Source: Raillietiella orientalis (lineage: Eukaryota). From it: a stretch of 64,000 bases of DNA. This document shows, in pieces, positions 1-12,894 of this stretch; positions within the stretch are counted from its first letter, which is position 1, and each line of letters opens with the position of its first letter. The position numbers and the translations under genes are program-made. Below the pieces are notes generated by a model that worked only from the letters and a program-made list of their open reading frames with translations, was not told the origin of the DNA and ran no database searches. The stretch covers positions 5,518,001-5,582,000 of the forward strand of contig JAYWIR010000006.1 in assembly GCA_036172245.1 (NCBI GenBank), in the 5' to 3' direction.

Positions 1-899
1 CGATTTTGGAAAATTAAAAATCCCGAGGGAGCCATCACTGTGTGTGGTGACCCCGGTAAGATCCGAACTTGCTTCCGATCTCACTTCCCCCTCCCTATCT
101 GGGAGTTCTTGAGATTCTGCATATCTGCATCTTCGGATCCCCCCGCCCATCCCAGGAATGGAACCTTAAAAAAAAAAAAATAACATGCGCTCATTCATGC
201 GAATTCCATATGCAACCGAAGCATATGAGAGTGAGTATCCAATTACAAAAATATGGAAATTTAAAAAAAAGGAATTTTTTGTTTTGTTTCTTGTTCAAAT
301 TTCTTGTTTCCCTTCGTTTCCGACATTCAAATGGGAACGAACCTCAGGAAATGAAAAATTGCATTTCGCATATCCAATTTCCAATCCGTCAAGTCAAGAT
401 CACTGCTGTCTCTCCCCCCCCCCCCTCCTCCTTCCTTTTTTCAAGTTTCCTGGAAGTATATTGCAGGGATACCCAGGCATCTGTGATAAATGTCTCTGAA
501 GAGTGTGCCGAATAATCTTGGCCTATATAACGCCCAAGGGGTGAAATATCCCACTGATAAGATTCGCTTCCTTGATGACAGAAAAATTACGGTTGAAACT
601 GTTGCAAACACACGACTTCGAAGTAGGAGTATGCATGATGTGCTTTATTATAAGCTCCTTCGTTTGTTAGGTTATGGTTAATGTACTTTCTGCTTCCAGT
701 TATGTGTTCACAGGCAGAATAAACGTTACATATATCCTCAGATAGGCACTTTTGAAATAGGGATTTCTATCCGCAGATAATTTGATTATCATTTCGCGCA
801 ATTTATGCAATTCTCTTATTTCTGTGGCCATTTTCTGCAGTCCTTCCGTTAATGCCGCTTGAGATATTAGTAGTGCTTGCTTAAATGTTATAAATGGTC

Positions 900-1300
900 A
901 TAATGAAACGAGTGGATGTTTCACTATTATGGTATTTTGGTGTACGTGGTATACGTTTTTATTCTCGAGCTTATATTCGAAGAACGGAGAATTTATATGG
1001 TGGTTACGTGGAGAAGTATTTCCGATGTCCGTGGTTAGACAGTGGTTCTGGTGTAGGTCTTGACCATGAGTTGAATTGTGAGATGTTTATGAATCGTTTG
1101 CATGTGATGAAGCATATGTCTGGTGTGGATAGCATCAAATCGGGTTGTCAAGGTGGTGTGTGTCCAAAAAACGGCTCGATGACTCAAGGATATCCAATAT
1201 TCAGACTGACGAGAAAGTACTATGTGCAATTTAAGCACTTGAGAGACCCTTCCTTGTATAATTGAATATAAAAAAACTTTGTCAACAATGTTTTATTGAT
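900..1300 (+). mobile_element. Possible decayed LTR-retrotransposon integrase fragment
   Basis: ORF 894-1265 reads WLDSGSGVGLDHELNCEMFMNRLHVMKHMSGVDSIKS. This loosely fits the rve core pattern SDxGxxF...FxxxLxIxxxxSxxYxP. Motif resemblance only. Confidence 0.25.
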
Positions 1301-1819
1301 CAATACTTTGTGAAGGGGGTGATAATGTGGAGCATGAGGGGTCAGGCGAGTCGCGGGCTTGAAGGGCAAGCCCACTATTGTCCAAGTATAGAAGCATCAA
1401 ATCTGGAGATGTCACGTACATTCCATCGATCATTGGACATTTTATCATAGTTGGAGAATATGATGTGGGGTGGTTCAAAGTACTTGATACTGCCTTGATA
1501 TTTGGAGGCGAAGATGATACCACTTTTTAGTACTAATTGCTTTTTCAATTGCGACTGATTTTCTGTGTTTGTTCTCTCGTTCAAGCGCCAAAAAGGCCAG
1601 TAGCGACCCCACGAGGAGATCGTTACTATTGGCCTAGGACGATGGTAATCCTTGGGTTCTTCTTTTTCTTCTGTCTTCGCTGTTTTCCTTCCAGCTTTTT
1701 TTTTTAAGAGTTTTCTTTTTTTTGGTTCGCTAAGTACCTCAGAGCCGGTCGCGTGCCTCGCGGCGCGCGTGGCTCTTTTTAAACATTAACACACTGTTTT
1801 GTTTCCACGCCTGTCCGCG

Positions 1820-2530
1820 GCAACCCGCAGGGGGGGGCGTGTAATTCTTCAGTGTAATATTCTTCAGGATAGGGGGCACCCCGGGATGGGGTCCGCCCTA
1901 TTGAATCCAGGAAGGGCTCGGAGTCCGTTCCTCTCACGCTTGGGGAGGGGATCCCCCCCGGAAGGGGGGGATCTCACCTCCCACCCTGGTTGTCTCCGAA
2001 GGGGAACCCCGAAGGGAACTCTCCTTCCTCATTCTCTCCGGAGGGACACCCCCCCCTTTGCGGGGTGTGGTGGTCCTCTCCATTTCAACTTCTCCGAAGG
2101 GAACCCGGAAAGGATCCGCTTCTAGGAATTTCTTCTCCGGAGGGAACCCGCAAGGGAACCGCTCCTTTATTCACTCCTCTGAAGACAACCCCCACAGGGG
2201 TGCTTCCGAAACTCAGAAGGGGCGCTGCAGCTTCCCGCAGGGAATCGCTCTCGCTTAGCTTCTTTCCTTTGTACACACTCTGTGAAGAGGCGACGACTCG
2301 GAGGGACCCCCCAACAAAGGGGGGTCAGCTCCTTTGAACAACTGGAGAGGTGCCCGTGAGGGCTCCTGCTCCATCTTGAAACCGGAGGCGGTCCCCCCGG
2401 TGACGGGGGTCCACTCTCCTTTGCACACAGGAGGGGGAACTCCCCACTCCTTTATTCCTGGGAGGACCCGAAGGTCGACTCCCATTGTTCCGGCCTTCAT
2501 CGGCAGGCCGCCGGCTTTATCCACCGCCGG
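1820..2530. repeat. GC-rich segment of degenerate TCTCCGRAGGGAACCC-type repeats and mini-hairpins
   Basis: Related units start at 1993, 2035, 2091 and 2134. Short stems include GATCCCCCCC-GGAA-GGGGGGGATC (1950-1973) and GCCC-GTGA-GGGC (2352-2363). Confidence 0.7.
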
Positions 2531-2739
2531 GGCCACGCCCGAATGTCTCGGCCAACCAGCGCCCTTGCAGGAGAAACTCGGAACCCAAACGACGCAATGG
2601 CATCAAGTTATCCGCCCAAGTATTCGAACCCGCGACGCATGGTGCCACGCGCGGAAGCCTTAACCACAAAGCCTCCGACGCGGGCACTAAGGTTTCCTTT
2701 CCAACGTCCCATATACTTTACCCAGCCCGCTTCCTGGTG

Positions 2740-3260
2740 TGTGCATCTATTTAAAAGCAACTTCTGGTATCGAATAAATAGTTTTCAACTGGTTCCTACT
2801 GACACTCCTACTGTAGACCACACTGTAGAATTTTTGATGGATGCAATTTTTAATAACGCATAAATGTATGAACCAGGAAAGCTTCGTGATAGCGCCCTTC
2901 ACAACTTCGTTTTTCGCATTTCACTTTTCTTTTACTAAGAAACTAAATATTTATCATGTTATTCATAAATGGAATCCGTAATTGTATCTCAAAGATTTCA
3001 TCCCAAATGCAATTGAAAACTATTTAACTAGATGGTGTGCTGCATGAATATTCAAGTCACATGACATACGAACTTAAACGTCCTCTCGCTGCAAAAAGAA
3101 CAACTTTCGCTGTGCAAATCTTCAAAAGTCCTCGATCAAAATGGAGACCCTTTCCCCACCGCGGGATGGACTCCCATCGTTCGTGCTTTCGGCTTCAACA
3201 CCAACCAGCACCGCAGTTCACAAATATGCTGCTACGTTTTCCATGATCGAATACAGCGGT
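2740..3260 (+). mobile_element. Decayed Ty3/gypsy-like integrase fragment
   Basis: QLVPTDTPTVDHTVEFLMDAIFNNA*MYEPGKLRDS resembles PxxxxTAxxTxxFLxxxIFxxxGxPxxLxSD. Downstream WTPIVRAFGFNTNQHRSS resembles W..LP...FAxNTxxHxST. Stops and frameshifts are present. Confidence 0.45.
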
Positions 3261-3609
3261 AACATGGAGACTGTGCAACTTTTCCTGACAGTCTCTTTGA
3301 AAAGCAATCAGTATGCTGCTGTTGCAAGGTACTGTGACGTGCAACCTTGCTATGCATTCAAGCACCATATTTCCTATTCATGCTCAACCATTCGTGCTTG
3401 TCACCAAAAATCCGTAGTCATTTTGGTGTACACTGCTTATTACATGCCCCTCTGGTCAAGAGCAAAACAGTCGCCGCACTCTCACTGTGCAGGAAGATGT
3501 GCTGGAGTTGTGATGTACTGGATGCTGGCAACAGCACTGACACCTGTGCTTAAGAAGGACTGCAAGTCATAAGCAAGAAGAGGTGGTCTTGCAGACTTGC
3601 AAATGCAAG

Positions 3610-3990
3610 CGAATCTTCAAATAAACATACGTGTTTCTTATGTGTATCCATATAAATAATAATTTGTTTATTATTTGTATTAATAGATAGCTATATAGAG
3701 ATCAATGTATATTATAAAGAATCTAAAAAATCATTAGAAAAGTTATAAATTATATTATTGATAACATTAATACTACTTATGTTAATGAATATAATATATG
3801 GTGAAATAATATTACCATTAGAAATGTGTATATCAATGAATATGTATGTTAAAATACACTTGCACATTAATCTATATGTAAATATACATATTATTGTTTA
3901 CTCCATCGTGTCTATTCATTTTTTTTGTAATTTTGTAATACACACTAATCTATATTTTTATATAGATTAATGCACACTATAAAGATTACA
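3610..3990. repeat. Extremely AT-rich low-complexity tract
   Basis: Almost entirely A/T with many TATA/ATAT runs. Confidence 0.7.
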
Positions 3991-4039
3991 AAATATTCAG
4001 GAAACCTGCTGGCGTTTTCGTGAACTGCGGATAGGAATC

Positions 4040-5060
4040 CACTTCATCTTGTAGTGGGAAAAGGGTCGCCGATTTGAACGAAAACCTTTGAAGATTTGGA
4101 TCTTGTTCTGATGATACTATTGATAATAACTCTTCTTTCTTGTACAGTGCATGGTCTTGGGAAATGATATGGGAAGACCACATTTGTAAACCTTTCCAAG
4201 TGTGTATCAGAATATAATAAATAATCTGAAAAGTGCCATACTCCTGAAGAGTGCTGCATGTCTTCAATATGGTTCTTGATAAGAGATATCCTGAATTTAT
4301 AGAATTCACACGTGGGAAAGTGAACTCCAATTAACCGTGCTGTCCAAACTGAATAGTATGCATTTTCTGAGCACCTTCAGAATCTTAGAAGGAAAGCTTA
4401 CGTTGCAAACGAAAGTGTCAAAGCATGGAATTCGTTGGACAATAGGAAACGGAAATTCGTGTCTCTTCTAAAACAATGCCAGTGGTGATTCCCAAGCTAG
4501 AGCATCTGCCGAGAGTGTTAGTGAGATAAAATCAATGTTAACGAAAGAAGAGAAATTTTTTAAAATAGTATTGTCAAAAAAGATGTCGAAAAGGATGCAA
4601 ATTTCACAGACTTTCGTGTGGACAGTTTAAATTGTACACATCAATGACATTCCTCTTCTTTTCAGCTAGTTTGTTGTCCATAGCCCTAAAGACATCAGAT
4701 ACGTGGTAGTCTCACCATTAAAAACTACGAGTCGTTCCATTTGACAGCAGAATGTTGCAGACAATCTCCACTCATTTCAATAAGCACTGCTGATTGATAA
4801 ACGCTTGGGATTTCACGTGTCCTCTTGATTGCAGCATACTGGAACCTCAAAATCCAACTTCTCATCTCTGGATACTGAGACAAGCTTGGATACCTCATCC
4901 AGCACATCAATGATAAGGCTGCTAGTTTAATCAGGAGAACAAGGATCTCTGTTAACTCTCGAGAAGATATTCGATTTTTTGCATACCAACGATGGACCAA
5001 TTGAGTCGCCCATCCAAGCGCGAATCGCTCGCGCTGATTTCAATTAGAATTTCGGAGATA
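4040..5060 (-). mobile_element. Possible decayed RLE-type non-LTR retrotransposon fragment
   Basis: The minus strand gives HRWYAKNR, then PY*RHAALFRSMALFRLF (like WRPIAL....YRLF), then VIINSIIR, in the order expected for R2-type RT. Very degraded. Confidence 0.3.
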
Positions 5061-5699
5061 TCTTGGCAGCCTTGTGTTCTTTTTATTTATTGGTTTTTCC
5101 TTCGGGTTAGCTGGTTAACAGTCTTTGTCCTTTGAACTTTGATCTTGACTCAAGCATGAAACCGGCGGTTTCCCGCTTGGATGGATGACACTGCAAAGTT
5201 GGATAATGGGGACGGAGCAGGTCTTGCGCGGAATATGGAGTTTGAAAAACTTTACAATCTGGTTCCTCGACTCTGAAACTGGGAACAAAGTGTTTGCATT
5301 CTTTACGCTAATTCAATCATGGAATGCCACACTTTTGGTGATTTAGAAAATCAATCCCCGACCGCATTTTAGAAAGTTACTTTTGACTGGCGTTTTGCAG
5401 TCTTTGACTCTTAAGAGTTTCGTTGCTGCTATACAGTTCCTAGCATGATGAATGAAGAAATTCTGTTGCTCTGGGATAAGACAATCCATAGTGTTGGTAT
5501 CTATGCCTATTCTTCAGAGATGAAAGAATGGAGCACGCTTATGATCGCCTGCATATTGAACTCGCTCTCACTGCATGGCTGGTTACAAATGTTAGCGCCT
5601 GCTGGCGAGTTTGTTTTTGTGTTTTTTTTTTGTGCTTATCAGGAGTACTATTGTTACCCTATTCGCCCACGTCGTTCATTTTAATGGAGTACTATTAAG

Positions 5700-6300
5700 A
5701 TGAACGATGTGAGCGAACACGGTCACAATTAATTGCTGTGCTTCACAATGGAACGATACCCAAAGTGAGCAACATAACTAACTATGTGAATCTTGCACGT
5801 AAGTTCGATCTGAGAGGTACATGTGGTACCCTGTCATGCTCCTGGGTACAAGCACCACCATAATGTGGATGAACAGCTTTTAACATCTTGTGGTCAAATT
5901 TGGTAAAAGCCAACTACCAAAGCATCACTGCTTGTTGCTTACTGACAGAGTTATGGAAACCGCTGAAGTGATTTGAGCAATGATGTGAATGTAGTATGAA
6001 TGATGAATTTCAGAAGTGCTGTTGATTGTGCAGGAGCAAGTGATAGCAGAGATATATTCAGATTTTTATTGGATCATGTCGGAAATAAGGCATGTTCCAT
6101 TACTGCCGTGATTAGATGTTACTGCTTAGCAAATGTATCCATCAGTTGCAACAATTAAAAGATGGTACTTGGGTTTGTGGAACAATGGTGAAGGTTAGGC
6201 ACCACTGGATTCACAGGTGTAAAGAGACATAGAAGAAATAAGGATGTTGCTTTGGATACTTCATGCCAACATGGATGCAAAAGAAAGGAGGCGAGGAAAT
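5700..6300 (+). mobile_element. Decayed piggyBac-like transposase fragment
   Basis: NVDEQLLTSCG at about 5862 resembles TVDEQLxxFRG. It is followed by LLDHVGNKACSIT and GTWVCGTMVKVR at about 6164 (GTxxCGTVRxNR), in colinear order. Confidence 0.4.
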
Positions 6301-7159
6301 GCCTTTTCAAATTAATGATGAGAAAAGGTGTTTGTTAAATTGCTGAGCAGCTCTGAAAATGTGGAGCTTCTGTAGATTCTTCCAGAAGGGGACAAAGTTG
6401 TACACCTGCTGATGCCTCCACTAACATCAATTAGCAGGAAACTATAAAGTTCTTCCAAATTATCAGCAGTCTCTGTCAATTATTTTAATAAAAAAGCATG
6501 GTTTTACACTTGCTATAAAAATTTGTACACATTCTTTGGAAATGTGTTGAGAATGTTTATGCTGAAAGAGTAGGTCAAAAATGATAAATCTCCTTTTCTC
6601 AATGCAAGGTATGTATTAAGTGTTAATAGTGCTTTGACACCTGATTGCAATGATATGTATAATGGAAAGACAATCTGTTCCGCAGAACATATGAATGAAA
6701 TACTCTGTAGTAAAGCATTTGATAGATCTTCCAACATGTGGGGGTCAGTTTGGAGTTTGGAAGCATATGTTGTTGTGAAGCAGTATACAGATGGCTCAAA
6801 AAAAAAGTATCATCAGCTTGAGCATTTCTGAAATGCAATGCTGAATGTCAATGTTGGCACCACCTAATGTGCTACACTACTGGTAGGGCTGAACTTCTCT
6901 CATAAGCTGCAGGGCTGAGATGAATGCCAAGGCTAAAGGGAAAAAGCACCAAAAAATTTCTACAAATCAGAAAGCAACTTAGAAAGCAGCATCCTGCTTC
7001 CAAAAAAAGTAGTCAGCTTCAAAGATAGTATTTTTGTCTTGGTTTCACAAAAAGTACAAGTTAGAATTTCCATGGAAATCTAATTTCGTTGTGACTGTCA
7101 TGCATAGGAACGATGCAGCTCCTCACCATCTTGCAAATAATTGTTGCTGCATAATGAAA

Positions 7160-8430
7160 CTCATCCCCGGGATGACATCTGGGATCTATTAGACTAGATA
7201 GAAGTCAGCGGATCCAGATGCAGCGAGGTTGAAAAATGCCTTTAACATTTGCAGTAGGTTTCAAAGATCCACCGAAAGCATTGGAGGATAATCTCCCTCC
7301 GAAATCATCTCCAGTGTCAGCAAGAATCACCACAAATATACCAGTGTCAGTGGACTATTGCACTTGTATCATCTATTGGATTTGAGTGAAACATATTAAT
7401 ACCTTGGCGTCTTGGGACTGTGCCATGGGGGCTACCAACCAACGAATCCTAGCAAAAGTGGTGCCAGTGATGGATTGTGAGATGTCTCCATAGAAATGCT
7501 TGGTTTACTTCAAAACCTTTACTGATCTACTACTGCACCACCAACGTCTGGGAAGATTCAAGGAGGTGGAACGGACTTTCATCCATAACAAAATTCGAGA
7601 ATTTGTGAAGAAATATTTGAATATAACAAGGAGGACCGTCAACGAGTACTTGTACGCTGATAGATCAATGGGATGTCATGACCTACCCAATGTACCCTGC
7701 GAGACTGATGACTTCGCCGTTGGCAGTTGTGTTGAACTGTTGACCTCGAGCTCTAGCAATGCAGGATTCATTCCAAAGGATGCTGCGTTCGCTGATTGGT
7801 AAAAAAAACTGTTGCGACAGCGCTAACGGATGACAATTTGGGAGATTTTATCTCCGGAACATTGCTGTACAGCAGAACAAAACTAGCGGCAAATATTTGT
7901 ACCATAGGAAGGCAAACGTCCTGACGGAAGCTGAGGTACAGTGGACGTTGGAGAGAGACTTACTACTCAGGATCACATTCGTGACTACTGCACATACGAG
8001 CACGCATCTTAGAAGGGAATCAATTCCACGCAAAGCTCAACTCAAGGCAGCAACACCCCGTAATGCGAAACACCCGGATCGGGAGTGCCCTGCATTGGCA
8101 GCAACAACATCCAAGGCATTTTGTATTCAAGAAACTTTGTGGTTACGGAGAGCCGTGACGAACTGGTGACCCGGATCAGGAGAGGCAGATGGGCGGCCAT
8201 CCAGACTATCCCTGGAACAGAGTCAAAGCAAAAGCCGGATGTTATGCTCCAGGACAAAGGAAGAGTGAGCGCACTGGCCTTACGAGTATGCATCAGCAAT
8301 TTCGTTAAGAGACAAGACGGAGGACAGAGTATCGAGGTCTGGTGGCTCTCCGCCTCTTCTCTCCAGGCGCATGATATCGTGGTAATCATAGTAGCACTCT
8401 TCGGAGTGCGAGAACTGAAGTGTTGAAGGG
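7160..8430 (+). mobile_element. Decayed, internally deleted RLE-type non-LTR retrotransposon (Utopia/NeSL-like, R2 superfamily)
   Basis: Three blocks in the expected order. ADPDAARLKNAFNIC at about 7206 fits the pre-RT region. IREFVKKYLNITRRTVNEYLYADRSMGCHDLP...VELLTS in ORF 7500-7802 fits the post-RT NEYLYG..G..GIP..KLLTS block. QTIPGTESKQKPDVML in ORF 8085-8426 fits the RLE PD motif. Confidence 0.75.
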
Positions 8431-8464
8431 AATTGAAAATTCTCAGGAAACAGGCATGGACACA

Positions 8465-8960
8465 TCAGAGAGGAAAACGGCGTTCTCGAACATAGAGCAT
8501 TCCCGGGATGTCCACTGGACGCTTAGGATGGGCCACCGCCCATGCTAGGAGCATCTCCGTAGATCTCAGGAGGAGTTCAAGAGAAGAGTAGACGATGGAA
8601 ATCTCTTTCACTTGTGTGTATTTCCCTCTTTCACAGTAGTGAGTGTGCAAGATTTGAGTGAAGCTTTCCATCGAATGAGCTGTCGGGTCATACGACGGAT
8701 GCGCCAGAGTTCTCTCCTGTAGGTGGCTGCGTCTTGATTGGCACTTTTGCACATTGTTCGTCAACATTCAGACCCGTCCTCCATTAATCCCCCGACGAGC
8801 AATTCTGGAGCTTCGTGGCAAAGAGGCCGTGAAGATAGGGTTTGGCGTGTTTGCGCCGTGCCGCCGCCTGCAGTAACTCTTGGGGTTTTTTCCGTATCGC
8901 CACGTAAACCGTTCCAGAACGAGGAGGAAGTGGACGGAGGATGAGACCTGACTTCCTCGC
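8465..8960 (-). mobile_element. Decayed Ty3/gypsy-like integrase fragment
   Basis: SFWNGLRGDTEK resembles the Zn-binding region (YWxGMxxDV). TLAHPSYD...IPGMLYVRERRFPL resembles YHPQ...SPxxLLYGRxxRxPL. Confidence 0.4.
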
Positions 8961-9299
8961 GGGAAGGAGTTGGAAAACCTTTCCGAGGAAGAGACTGATC
9001 GATGTCGGTGCTGCCGGGCGGAAGACGAAACCTCGCCTCATAACTGAAACCGATGCAAGAGGTATCGGTTTCAGTTATGAGGCATTTCCATCTGTTCACT
9101 GAGCGACATAATGCGATCCAAGAGATGGTTTAATGTTAAGGTAGGAGTTTCTAGTATCGCAAATCTAAAAGCGTTAGACATAGAAAAATGGAATACAGAA
9201 GAAGGATGTTTCATTATTAAAAATCAGGGACTTGAACCCCACTCAACACCTTTTTCTCTTAAAACATTATCTCTATAAACTTTCTTTATCACAAATCCA

Positions 9300-9570
9300 C
9301 CGATCAGCATGGCCGCAGTGGTTGAGACAGAGTGAACCCTGATGTCCACCAGCCAGTGAGCTTTAGGAACGGAATCCCTCCTGCGGCCAGACCTGGTACC
9401 GAAGAGCAAAAATCGAATAATAGCGCTGGACATCTGCTGCCCGTTCGAGGGTGCTCCAGCTAAGCAGAGAGAAGAAACAACGCAAGGTGCACGCTCTCAT
9501 CGTTGGCTCACTGTGATCCTGGGAACCAGGTAACGAAAAAGTGCTGCAGGATCTTGGAATTCCTAAAAGG
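9300..9570 (+). mobile_element. Restriction-like endonuclease (RLE) 3' fragment of a non-LTR retrotransposon
   Basis: GTESLLRPDLVPKSKNRIIALDICCPFE at about 9366-9449, then ALIVGSL*SWEPGNEKVLQDLGIP at about 9493-9564. These are the characteristic RPD..D...PFE and VGxLGSW.P.N motifs. Confidence 0.85.
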
Positions 9571-9792
9571 CACTCGGAGGCACCAGATGGTGCCTTGGTA
9601 AATCCGGTACTGCAGGCACATCTACGCAGCCCACGTCACGAGAAGAGCAACACAAGGGATCGAAACTCAGATACAGACCGAGAATCCCAGCGGTCAGCTC
9701 TCGCGAAACAGAGGACAAGACGCTGAGGAAGCAAGAGACTGAAGGGTGATGAGCTCCCCCGATGGACAAATGAGGAATCTCAGAAGAATGTG

Positions 9793-9835
9793 AAGAGCTC
9801 CTCCCTGTAACGCGATGTTACAGGGCGGAGCTCTT
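9793..9835. repeat. 19-bp inverted repeat, one mismatch, 5-nt loop
   Basis: AAGAGCTCCtCCCTGTAAC-gcgat-GTTACAGGGcGGAGCTCTT. Confidence 0.95.
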
Positions 9836-9849
9836 AGTAAATTTAAGCA

Positions 9850-10530
9850 ATAAAAAACCCCGTTCTCTAGTGGAACGTTCAAGAATGTGTGTTGTGGAGT
9901 CGCTGGAGATGACCTCCTTTGCACGCGCAGGGTGTAAGCCGATGGAGTTGACTCTGGATGTTCGTATACCCCGTACTTGATGGAAACTTTTGGCTTCTTC
10001 GGAAGTCCAGTCTGCGACCACGGAAGCGTAGAAAATGGTAAATGCATTCGCAGAGTCGCGATCAGTGGAATCAAAGACGAGTCCGTCTTTTGTTTTCTCT
10101 TTCGACCTTTCGGTAAATCCACACTGAACGAACTCTTTCTGTTCCTCCGTAAAATCTGTTGGAATGAGAGTTTTGTGTTTGTGGTTATCGAAGTGAAGTG
10201 CGTCTTGTTCTTTCGCACTGTGCCACGCAAGAGGCTGCTTCTCCGGGAATTAGAACCTATTTAGCAAAGACGGTGTTATCGGAATCTGCTCTCTAAGTCG
10301 GCGCACTGATTCTCTGTCCTGCCCTCAGGAAGTTTTGACGAACTCGAGGACATCTTCTGCTTCCGTTGTTTACACATGAATCACGCAAACGTTTCCACGG
10401 AGTTGGGACGATGGAAGTCCTCGATCAATGGGCGCATCCTTTCACACAGTGTGCGTTTCAAGCATGGAATCGGGTGCGGTTGCCTGGTAAGTTGGATGAG
10501 GAGTGCCCTTTGTTCGCGTTTGCATCGTGA
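9850..10530 (-). mobile_element. Decayed piggyBac-like transposase fragment
   Basis: The minus strand gives DSDNTVF, then GTVRKNK...TGLPKKPKVSIKY...AYTLRVQRRS...FLNVPLEN (ORF 9694-10230). This matches the DN.F / GTVRxNK / KP.....Y / Y...R....P...F layout of piggyBac. Confidence 0.55.
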
Positions 10531-11007
10531 AACGGAAGGGGGAGGACTGACGAGGGACTGTGGTGACCGGACACAATTCGACCGAAAATCCTCGGGGAAA
10601 CTGCCCCGTTCGCTGCAGTGCCGCGGGAGCCGCCGCCCTTAGCTTTCAAGGCATACACCCCTTTGAACACTGATTTCTCATACAGGAAGGTGGAGGAGAG
10701 AGAAGGGATGTTGAAGACAGCTGAAGGTCTCCCTGTGTTGCCCTCCACGCTTCATTGAGTTTTCACTGGTTGCGGAAGAAACTCTGCTGTTTGGTTTCGT
10801 TCCGTGTCTTCTTCCGGGTGCAGAAGCGAAGCAAACTGCCCACTTTCCGTCTTCGGGTGCCTCACTTAGGCACAACTGTGACCCCATCCCCGGTCCCCCC
10901 CCACTATCCAGTGCAAATTTTTTCCTCCCGTTTTCCTCTTTTTTGTTTGTTTCCTTCTTTCTTTCTTTCTTTCTTTTTCCGGTTTTCCCTTCCCCGTCGC
11001 TTCCCTT

Positions 11008-11042
11008 CCCGGTACGTAGACCTCGCCGGTCTACGTACCGGG
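11008..11042. repeat. Perfect 15-bp inverted repeat, 5-nt loop
   Basis: CCCGGTACGTAGACC-tcgcc-GGTCTACGTACCGGG. Confidence 0.95.
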
Positions 11043-11159
11043 CATGGCAAGTTCCGAGCACGTAGTGTAAACAAGTGTTTCACTACAACTGAACATTTTT
11101 AGTGCACTTTCGTTACTATTTTTTAAGAATAAATGCCTCCCGGAGAAACTGGGTGGAAA

Positions 11160-12820
11160 CCTAGGGCACCACTGCTTCGGAGAGCACAACTTGATTAAAG
11201 AAGCGAAGGCTATGTCTGACCGCAGCTGTCCGCCGAGGACATCAAAGTAAGTCCTGCATGTGAGAAGGAAATCTTAACCTCCTAAGATTAGGAAGAGGCA
11301 GCGATGAGAATACATCCAGAGGGACTTGGGGCGTTCGCACGATGGTGTTGGTGGTGGTGAAATGGGTAGCTCTTAAGATGGATGCGATTCCAGGCAGGCG
11401 GGAAGAGAACACGAATTCAGTTTCTATCGATGGGGAGATATTCATGAAAAAAACCATACCTCTTCTGTGGCAGGACTGCCACAAAGAGAAATAAATGAAA
11501 TACCTGGCAAACAGAAATAAAGAACAAAATGAAAATAAAACCATATATAAAAAAAACTTTGGAGGGTTCGGGAAGGGATCACCGGGTGCTGAAGGGCGTC
11601 CCTGCATCCTTGCAAGGATGCCGGCAAGTTCCTGTTTCAAGATTCCCAGTTGGGGCCATCTTGACGCTGTCCTCATGAAGACGACGGCAAAATAGATAGC
11701 GTCCCTGTCGTCCTGGCCTCTGGCGTTGCTCCATGCAGCTGCAGTCCCGCCGCGTAGGCAGCAAAGTGTCGCTAGGGATGCGGCCGGCGTGATGCCATCG
11801 CGCTGGAAGAGTTGCTTCAAAAGGTTCCTGGGTTTCGCTCAGGGATCCGCAGGGACTCGGCAAAAACGCGTTCTCACAGGGGGAGGGGAACAACGCAACC
11901 CATAAGAAGGTGCGGGAGCCACTCTCTCCGCGCCTGCTACAGTTCGGGCTCACATTCCCCCGGGTCAGCGGTCTGTTGGGGGGCGTTGGGTATCGATGAG
12001 GGTAAGACAAACGGTACCACCTGCCCTCGGTCCTTGCCAGTACCGGGTGGCGTCGCAGAGCGTGAAAGCGCGCAGTCGTGGGAAGGCTGGAGGCAGGTTA
12101 ACCTGAAGTTCTTGCGCTCGCGCTGTTTAGCAGCACGTGGTCGTGCGACGCCTCAGCCAGGCTTTCCTCTCGTCACAGAGGCTGAGTCGTGAGCGTTTGG
12201 TTGGGAAAGAAGGCGTGGCTGGGAAAAGGAAGAAGGAAACCTGCGGCGCGCGCAAGGCCTTCAGTGGAGGGTTGCGCGTTCGTTCCTGAACGGTTGTCCG
12301 GAGGAACAGGCAAGGAATGGATCAGCGAAGAAGCTGGAGGTGCCGTTGCAGTCTTCTGTGAAAGTCGGCAGCGCCGAGCGCCTGCTGTTAACACGAATGG
12401 AACAGCAGAGCATCTTCAGGGCGACTGAAACATCGAGTCCTCGGTACTTAAGAACCGTTCGTCGCCTACTGGCTCACGAAGTTCTTTAACGCTTCCCACG
12501 CGTTGAAGTGGGTGGTGTACCAACGGTCCCCGCACAGGAGCTCTTTGACGGCCGGCGACTGCCATCGCCTCGGCTTGCTGCGGCCAAGACACAGATTCCA
12601 CGGAAGGAACTTCCGAGCAGATTCCGAGCTTGTGTACGGGCTGCTTGGATGCTGCATCTCCCGCCGGCGGCATCCAACCCAGGCAACGCGCGCCGGCCTT
12701 GGCACGCAACTCCCCAGGCAGAAGCTCCTGGGCGTCGTATTGAACGTCTCCGATGAGGGTTCGGTGCACAATCCCGAGCGTGCCAGTCTCGAACGCCATG
12801 ATTCCCAAAGATTAAAAGCC
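11160..12820 (+). mobile_element. Decayed RLE-type non-LTR retrotransposon (RT to CCHC region)
   Basis: Colinear remnants across frames: CFGEHNL (about 11173), SAEDI, MKYL (11495), SWGHLDAVL (about 11648), RFRACVRAAWMLHLP (about 12619), KLLGVVLNV and ERHD (about 12791). Confidence 0.5.
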
Positions 12821-12894
12821 CGAAAATCCAGAAAGATATAGTCAGACCACATCTAAATTTATTGTTCACATTTAAAATGGACTTGATGTACAGA

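Noticed and set aside
1587..1606. Minus-strand TCGCTACTGGCCTTTTTGGC resembling the U2 snRNA 5' end, the Utopia target
   Set aside because: Only about 20 nt with several differences, and the following TAAGATCAAGTGTAGTA branch-pairing region is absent.
1990..2170. CRISPR-like repeat-spacer appearance
   Set aside because: The repeats are degenerate and irregularly spaced, the context is eukaryotic, and no cas genes are present.
6634..6831. ORF containing SKAFDR (RT-like) and YTDGSK (RNase H-like)
   Set aside because: The two motifs are only about 25 aa apart and have no supporting context, so they may be chance matches.
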